A stretch of 64,000 nucleotides of DNA from Macrostomum hystrix (lineage: Eukaryota; Animalia; Platyhelminthes): NCBI GenBank assembly GCA_950097015.1, contig CATNEN010000037.1, positions 248,001-312,000 of the forward strand, read 5' to 3'. How positions within the stretch are numbered: position 1 is the first letter of the stretch; each line of letters starts with the position of its first letter. The notes under the pieces are model-generated. The model was given only the letters and a program-made list of their open reading frames with translations. It did not search any database and was not told the DNA's origin. This document shows positions 35,801 through 44,800 of the stretch, piece after piece. The position numbers and the translations under genes were made by a program.

Positions 35801-38800
35801 ATCCTCTTCTCATCTCTATCCGCTTCTAATCTCTATCCAATTCTTATCTCTATCCAATTCTTATCTCTATCCACTTATGATCTCTATCCAATTCTTATCT
35901 CTATCCAATTCTTATCTCTATCCACTTATGATCTCTATCCAATTCTTATCTCTATCCACTTATGATCTCTATCCAATTCTTATCTCTATCTACTTCTAAT
36001 CTCTATCCACTTATGATCTCTATCTACTTATGATCTCTATCCACTTCTGATCTCTATCCACTTCTAATATCTATCCACTTCTAATCTCTATCCAATTCTA
36101 ATCTCTATCCACTTCTAATCTCTATCCAATTCTTATCTCTTTCCAATTCTTATCTCTATCTACTTCTAATCTCTATCCGCTTATGATCTCTATCCACTTC
36201 TTATCTCTATCCACTTCTGATCTCTATCCACTTCTAATCTCTATCCACTTCTAATCTCTATCCAACTCTAATCTCTATCCACTTATGATCTCTATCTACT
36301 TATGATCTCTATCCACTTCTGATCTCTATCCACTTCTAATCTCTATGCAATTCTAATCTCTATCCACTTCTAATCTCTATCCACTTCTTATCTCTATCCA
36401 ATTCTTATCTCTATCTACTTCTAATCTCTATCCGCTTATGATCTCTATCCACTTCTAATCTCTATCCACTTCTTATCTCTATCCACTTCTAATCTCTATC
36501 CACTTCTTAATCTCTATCCACTTCTAATCTCTATCCACTTCTAATCTCTATCCGCTTCTAATCTCTATCCAGTTCCGATGTCTTCCATGTATCTCGGGCT
36601 GCAACTCACCGCATTGCAGGTGTCAATCTTGGTGCCGCTGTTCAGGTGGTCGAGCACCTTGGCGAAGGTTGCCGGCTCTGGCCACGCGCAGGAAGTTCTG
36701 ATTTGGGTCCACCTGAGAAATTAAAGAAGGTGTCGGGTGTCAAAGAAGCAATAGAAGAGCAAATGGTGGAAGCCCTAGTAGATACAAAAGTGTGAAATAA
36801 TTTTTCCTTACTTTCCATCCGAAGCCGGAACCCATCTATGTTTCTAAGAAAACGAAGGGGAACAGTTCCTTGCAAAAAAGCAAGCCCTTTTGTTAACCTA
36901 ATTTAATTAAACCTTTAGAAATCCATGAAAGGCTTGTAAAGTTCGAAAAATGCTGGGTCGAATCGCTGAAATGCTGAAAAATCACAGGAAAATTTAATTA
37001 TTCTGCTTGTGAATAATTCTAAAATTTCGAAAATAAAAATTACAGAGAGAGAATTGAGATATCGAAATCAGACGAATTCAGAGAGTCGGAAAGTGCTTGA
37101 CAGCAAGCAATTTCTGCCTCCCCAACTTTCTCTCTCTCGCGGTGAATTCGCATGGCAGAACTAATTTTCCCTTAAATGCTTGCTGCAAGGGGGGATGATG
37201 GACTGGAGACTGGAGCCAATGCGGACAGATGTCTGCCTTATTCCATCAGCGAACAGCTGTCAGAACAGCCAGCAGTCTTTCAACGGATTGTGATTTGTCA
37301 GTGGAAAAAACTATACACCTAAAAATCATCCCTCTCACCAATTCACCATTTTCATTGGGCGTGTCCGGTAAAATCCTGTCTTAACACTTTCCTGCCTTAA
37401 ACTAATTTTATGCCGCAAGTTTCATTCACTCTACTGTTAGTAGGAAACAATGCATTTTATCCACAAAAATATTGTTACTTGTTGCACACAAAGACAGGAA
37501 TCCGTAACTGTTAGTTCTTGCTTCAGTTTTAGCAGTGATTCTTACTAATGGTTCTAGCTGCGATTCTTGCTAACGGTTCTAGCTGTGATTCTTACTAATG
37601 GTTCTAGCTGCGATTCTTGCTAACGGTTCTAGCAGTGATTCTTACTAATGGTTCTAGCTGCGATTCTTGCTAATGGTTCTAGCTGCGATTCTTGCTAATG
37701 GTTCTAGCTGCGATTCTTGCTAACGGTTCTAGCTGCGATTCTTGCTAACGGTTCTAGCTGCGATTCTTGCTAATGGTTCTAGCTGCGATTCATTGCTAAT
37801 GGTTCTAGCTGCGATTCTTGCTAACGGTTCTAGCTGCGATTCTTGCTATCGGTTCTAGCTGCGATTCTTGCTAATGGTTCTAGCTGCGATTCTTGCTAAC
37901 GGTTCAAGCTGCGATTCTTGTTTATGTTTCTAGCTTGAATTCTTGTTTATGTTTCTAGCTTCGATTCTTGTTTATGTTTCTAGCTTCGATTCTTGTTTAT
38001 GTTTCTAGCTTCGATTCTTGTTTATGTTTCTAGCTTCGAGTCCTGTTTATGTTTCTAGCTTCGATTCTTGTTTATGTTTCTAGCTTCGATTCTTGTTTAT
38101 GTTTCTAGCTTCGAGTCCTGTTTATGTTTCTAGCTTCAATTCTTGTTTATGTTTCTAGCTTCGATTCTTGTTTATGTTTCTAGCTTCGAGTCCTGTTTAT
38201 GTTTCTAGCTTCGATTCTTGTTTATGTTTCTAGCTTCGAGTCCTGTTTATGTTTCTAGCTTCGAGTCCTGTTTATGTTTCTAGCTTCGATTCTTGTTTAT
38301 GTTTCTAGCTTCGAGTCCTGTTTATGTTTCTAGCTTCGATTCTTGTTTATGTTTCTAGCTTCGATTCTTGTTTATGTTTCTAGCTTCGATTCCTTGTTTA
38401 TGTTTCTAGCTTCGATTCTTGTTTATGTTTCTAGCTTCGATTCTTGTTTATGTTTCTAGCTTCGATTCTTGTTTAAGTTACTAGCTTCGAGTCCTGTTTA
38501 TGTTTCTAGCTTCGATTCTTGTTTATGTTTCTAGCTTCGATTCTTGTTTATGTTTCTAGCTTCGATTCTTGTTTATGTTTCTAGCTTCGATTCTTGTTTA
38601 TGTTTCTAGCTTCGAGTCCTGTTTATGTTTCTAGCTTCAATTCTTGTTTATGTTTCTAGCTTCGATTCTTGTTTATGTTTCTAGCTTCGAGTCCTGTTTA
38701 TGTTTCTAGCTTCGAGTCCTGTTTATGTTTCTAGCTTCGATTATTGTTTATTTTTCTAGCTTCGATTCTTGTTTATGTTTCTAGCTTCGATTCTTGTTTA

Positions 38801-41800
38801 TGTTTCTAGCTTCGATTCTTGTTTATGTTTCTAGCTTCGATTCTTGTTTATGTTTCTAGCTTCGATTCTTGTTTATGTTTCTAGCTTCGATTCATGTTTA
38901 TGTTTCTAGCTTCGATTCATGTTTATGTTTCTAGCTTCGATTCTTGTTTATGTTTCTAGCTTCGAGTCCTGTTTATGTTTCTAGCTTCGATTCTTGTTTA
39001 TGTTTCTAGCTTCGATTCTTGTTTATGTTTCTAGCTTCGATTCTTGTTTATGTTTCTAGCTTCGAGTCCTGTTTATGTTTCTAGCTTCGATTCTTGTTTA
39101 TGTTTCTAGCTTCGATTCTTGTTTATGTTTCTAGCTTCGATTCTTGTTTATGTTTCTAGCTTCGATTCTTGTTTATGTTTCTAGCTTCGAGTCCTGTTTA
39201 TGTTTCTAGCTTCAATTCTTGTTTATGTTTCTAGCTTCGATTCTTGTTTATGTTTCTAGCTTCGAGTCCTGTTTATGTTTCTAGCTTCGATTATTGTTTA
39301 TTTTTCTAGCTTCGATTCTTGTTTATGTTTCTAGCTTCGATTCTTGTTTATGTTTCTAGCTTCGATTCTTGTTTATGTTTCTAGCTTCGATTCTTGTTTA
39401 TGTTTCTAGCTTCAATTCTTGTTTATGTTTCTAGCTTCGATTCTTGTTTATGTTTCTAGCTTCGAGTCCTGTTTATGTTTCTAGCTCCGATTCTTGTTTT
39501 TGGTTCTAGCTGCGATTCTTGTTGTTGATTCTTAGCTGCGATTCTTGTTATTGGTTCTAGCTGCGATTCTTGTTATTAGTTCTAGCTGCGATTCTTGTTA
39601 TTAGTTCTAGCTGCGATTCTTGTTATTTGTTCTAGCTGCGATTCTTGTCTTTGGTTCTAGCTCCGATTCTTGTTGTTGATTCTTAGCTGCGATTCTTGTT
39701 ATTGGTTCTAGCTGCGATTCTTGTCTTTGGTTCTAGCTGCGATTCTTGTCTTTGGTTCTAGCTGCGATTCTTGTCTTTGGTTCTAGCTGCGATTCTTGTC
39801 TTTGGTTCTAGCTGCGATTCTTGTTATTGGTTCTAGCTGCGATTCTTGTCTTTGGTTCTAGCTGCGATTCTTGTCTTTGGTTCTAGCTGCGATTCTTGTC
39901 TTTGGTTCTAGCTGCGATTCTTGTCTTTGGTTCTAGCTGCGATTCTTGTTATTGGTTCTAGGCTGCGATTCTTGTCTTTGGTTCTAGCTGCGATTCTTGT
40001 CTTTGGTTCTAGCTGCGATTCTTGTCTTTGGTTCTAGCTGTGACTCCTGCAAATGGTTCTAGCTTCGATTCTTTTTTTGATTCTGGCTTTGTTCAGGCAA
40101 AAAATATTTTATTATCATGTTTGACCATACAGCTCTAGCAATGACAACTGCTTCAACGGGCGAATCAAAATTGCTCTGATTAATGGATAGAAGATAGACA
40201 GAATGTGAATAGAAGATAGAAGGTCGATAGAGGGTAAATAGATGGCAGATAGAAAATGATAGAAGATAAACGGAAGGCTGAAAGAAGTTAGACAAAAAGA
40301 AGGCAAAATAGAGAAGTTTGAGGAAAAGTATGAGCACGAGAATAGACAGGCAGGCACGGGCCATGCGGGTGGCAGTTGGTACCGCCGTGGTCGCACGGTG
40401 AGTCACAAGAAGTTTTCGGTAATGATATGAAGAATTATGAAAAATGGGCAAAATTTGCTAACCAGAATGCTATTGGGCTTTAAAATGGGAAAGCTGCACG
40501 AGTCCGGGGGGAGGGGCTGAGAGCAAACAAGCCGGCGCGATTGAGTCCACTGCTCAACCGTTTCACCTCCTGCAAGCTGATCCGGGTCGTGGGAAAAATG
40601 TGGCCCTAAACCTCAATGCTGTTGATGGGATATTTCTGGCAATAATCGCTGCCAAAAGTGTTTTGGCTGTCGAGGAAAAGGAAGGAATTTTCCTGTTGGC
40701 TAAAAGCTTTTCCATCAACCACCAGAATTCTTAGGAGTGGAGCGTTTAGGAGCGTTTTAGTAATATTTTCCCGGTTGAGTTGGGAGTTCGGCCGGCTATA
40801 GCGGACTCACTTGTCTATTGTCCTTCGCCGCGTCGTCTTGAACCATGTCGGCAATGCGGCGGGAGGTAACACTGGATAGACTCTGTAGGACTCTATGGTC
40901 CGAACTGTTTTACCTAGGCGGAGTCAGCTGTTAACTTGAGGACAAATGCTGAACTGGTGGCTTGGTTTCGACCTGTTTCTGACTCGCATTCATCCACTCT
41001 CTCTCTCTCCTCTCTCTTCACTTTTCTCGTCATCGGCTTTGGCCGACTGAGCAACTGCGGAGGAGGGGGTTGTCTGCAAGCGCGGGGATGCGAATTCGGG
41101 GAACAGAGAAAGGACGCAGGGATAGAGGGGACACGGAGAGAAGGGAAGAGAGGAGGAGAGGGAGCGGCTTAAACTGCACAGGGGACCTCAAAGAATTCAT
41201 TCAGTACTATAGCCTGCCTATGCTATCTATGATCGACTGCATAAGGGAGGAGGGGGTAAGGAAGAGAGGGGATTATTGGCCTGCCTGTCCAGGGAGGATA
41301 GAGACTGTTGGGGATGAGTGGAAGGGGATTATCTTGGGGGCATAGGGAGGCGGCCTTCGCCCAGTCCCTGTCGCCCTAGATCCCATGGTGCCTTGAGAGC
41401 GGAGGTTGGGCTGGGGCACAGTACACCCCCACGACTTTCCTGCCGGAGAGAGACAGATAGATAGATAGATAAAAAATGCTTAGAAAGAAATTAGCCTTGT
41501 CTGCAATAACTGCAGCAGCAGCAGCAGCAGCCACCCTCAGTTCCACTGTACATACTGATACAGATTGACTAATCCCATACAGTATAAGTATAAGTGGCAA
41601 AGTTTTTCTAAAAGAATAATAAAATGAATTGGTATTCAAAATTGAGGGATTTAAGCATTCGATTCTATAATCTAGATCATTTCCTACAATTTGCATTTCC
41701 CTCAGGGCGTGCGCGTGTTGTTCTGCGGTCTAAGCTAATCTAATAAATTAATTTTTGCTCAGCAACGAGTAGAACTGGCGATTTGAAAGAAATACAGAAT

Positions 41801-44800
41801 GCGTATAGATTTATCCCGGGACGGGCAGTGGGAATGCCCCGTCAGACACCGCTACGGACTTGAATAGGCATTCTGGTCCCTGCCATTGGCCTACAACTAC
41901 GTGGAAGAGCGGAACAAAAAATCCTGCGTTAAAATGCAAAAGCCTACACAGCATGTGTGTAGTCGGCGCATACCAAAAGGGCCTTGAAAGGGACAAATGT
42001 CAAATGGAAAAATCTGAATCGTATTCTAAATTTCAACAAACAACTTTTGTTAAAGAAACCCAGATTAAGGATTATACTGAGTTATGTTCTATCTGTGCTG
42101 GTTCTAGCTGCGATTCCTGTTAATGGTTCTAGCTGCCATTCCTGTTATTGGTTCTAGATGCGATTCCTGTTAATGGTTCTAGCTGCGATTCCTGTTAATG
42201 GTTCTAGCTGCGATTCCTGTTAATGGTTCTAGCTGCCATTCCTGTTAATGGTTCTAGCTGCCATTCCTGTTAATGGTTCTAGCTGCGATTCCTGTTAATG
42301 GTTCTAGCTGCGATTCCTGTTAATGGTTCTAGCTGCGATTCCTGTTAATGGTTCTAGCTGCGATTCCTGTTAATGGTTCTAGCTGCGATTCCTGTTAATG
42401 GATCTAGCTGCGATTCCTGTTAATGGATCTAGCTGCGATTCCTGTTAATGGTTCTAGCTGCGATTCCTGTTAATGGTTCTAGCTGCGATTCCTGTTAATG
42501 GTTCTAGCTGCGATTCCTGTTAATGGTTCTAGCTGCGATTCCTGTTAATGGTTCTAGCTGCGATTCCTGTTAATGGTTCTAGCTGCGATTCCTGTTAATG
42601 GTTCTAGCTGCGATTCCTGTTAATGGTTCTAGCTGCGATTTTTGTTCTAGTTCTAGCTACGGTTCTTCTTACGATTCTAGGTGCGACTCTGTGTGAAATT
42701 TTAGCATAGCTTACTGCAGTTTACTGCTGCGATTCTCAAATGATGAAGAACGAAAAAATATTTTTAGTAAATACGAAAGAGTAAGACTGAATTGTCAACT
42801 TGAAAGTTATCCAAAATAGCTTACCAGGCTAGACATTTTTGTCTTTCAGAAATAAAAAGAGAAATGAAAATTCGGGTCGGCGAGAGCTTGATGACTTTCT
42901 GTGATGGATTGCTCCACTCCAGTTAATGGGGGGGACGGAGGGCGGAGGCAAGGAGACCGAACGTCGATGAGGCCGGCGAGGCTAAAGCAAATTAATTGAT
43001 TTTATTATCGACTTGCTCGTCAGACTCAGAATGAGCTCTATCTATCATCTGAGATCACTGATGGACTTCGCTGCTTCATATATATGATAATAATCTTCTA
43101 CTATTGATATTGGGTTTAAACTAGGACTAAGCGGTAATGTGGAGCCAAGTGTAAGTTTTACCTTTCTACGAAGGGATTCAGGTCTAGTAGTGAAGGGTGG
43201 CCGCTAACGCTCTAGGAAGGTCTACGCAGTATTTTCCTCCGGTCGTTGCGGGTTGGATGGAGGGTCGGGGGGGGGGGTAACGCTCCCTTCTTCTTAATTC
43301 CTTACTGAGGAAGGAAGAATGTAGTGCACATTTTGACTCAGCATTTACGCCAGCGGGTAGAGCCGACACAGACAGGCAGAGGGGGAGAGGGAGAGAGAGT
43401 GTATGAGTCATAGTATTTTCAGTTAAGTCGGCCTTCCTTTCCAAGAACCCACTCGCGATCAAAAATTTCCTGGGGTCAGTCAGGTTTTGGCCAATTGCTA
43501 TGTACAGTTTCTGCGCTTTTTTAACCAGTAGAATCTGACTTTATGCTAATTTGTTCGTCTATTTACTACTGTGTGTTAATGAGCAGGTATTGTAACTAGT
43601 AGTTGTACTACATAATGTTGTAATTTAGTTACTTTATTTTTTTGCTTCGAACACAAAAATTCTCTCTATTTTGCATAGCAATTTTGTGGGTGTACAACTT
43701 AAAAATGATTACCTGTGCTTCTTATAAGGTACACACGTCTACAACAGTCACACAGGTGTACAACAGTCCCACAGGTGTACAACAGTCACACAGGTTTACA
43801 ACAGTCACACAGGTGTACAACAGTCACACGGGTGTACAAAAGTCACACGGGTGTAAAATAGTCACACAGGTGTACAACAGTCACACAGGTGTACAACAGT
43901 CCCACAGGTGTACAACAGACACACAGGTGTACAACAGACACACAGGTGTACAACAGTCCCACAGGTGTACAACAGTCACACAGGTGTACAACAGTCACAC
44001 AGGTGTACAACAGTCACACAGGTGTACAACAGTCACACAGGTGTACAACAGTCACACAGGTGTACAACAGTCACAGAGGTCTACAACAGTCACAGGTGTT
44101 TGCGCACTCAGCTTAGAAAAGTATATTATATGTATTTACTCTCGCACTGAATGATTTAGTATTTATTCTGCTTATGCGCAATACAAGAAATCAGTGCTAC
44201 GACTTGCTGAGCCGCCAGAACTGCGTGTACTTTTAGTGGAGTAAATAATTTTATTTGAACTGTAAGCTGCTGCAAGTTGATGCGAGAGATAGATAAATCA
44301 TGAAAGAAAATAATGAATAAATTTGGGATCCTTTGGAGACGATGGGCGAAGTAATTTAGTGAGGGCTCTAAAGAAATGGAACTGTGGTTTGAGTATAAAA
44401 TGATATTCATTATCTGATGGCTAAGTGCGCCATCAATGGAGGCATCAAATTCTTTATTAAAATCGAAATTCTATAAATACAGAAATCCCACTTCATCAAA
44501 ATTTCCCTTCTTCGAAGGAACCCCCATAATTTACAACTCAATTCTTCGATACCCAATTATATCAAAATCCCACTTTTTCGATACCTAATTTCTTAGAAAT
44601 CCCACTCATTCGATACCTCATTTCTTAGAAATCCCACTCATTCCATACCTCATTTCTTATAAATCCCACTCATTCCATACCTCATTTCTTAGAAATCCCA
44701 CTCATTCCATACCTCATTTCTTAGAAATCCCACTCATTCCATACCTTATTTCTTAGAAATCCCACTCATTCCATACCTCATTTCTTAGAAATCCCACTCA

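Noticed and set aside
921-36666. Ankyrin as a pseudogene or programmed-frameshift gene
   Set aside because: Frameshifts are isolated +1 events with a both-bases signature; there are no nonsense codons elsewhere, all 24 ANK repeats and DARGG are intact, and no slippery heptamers are present.
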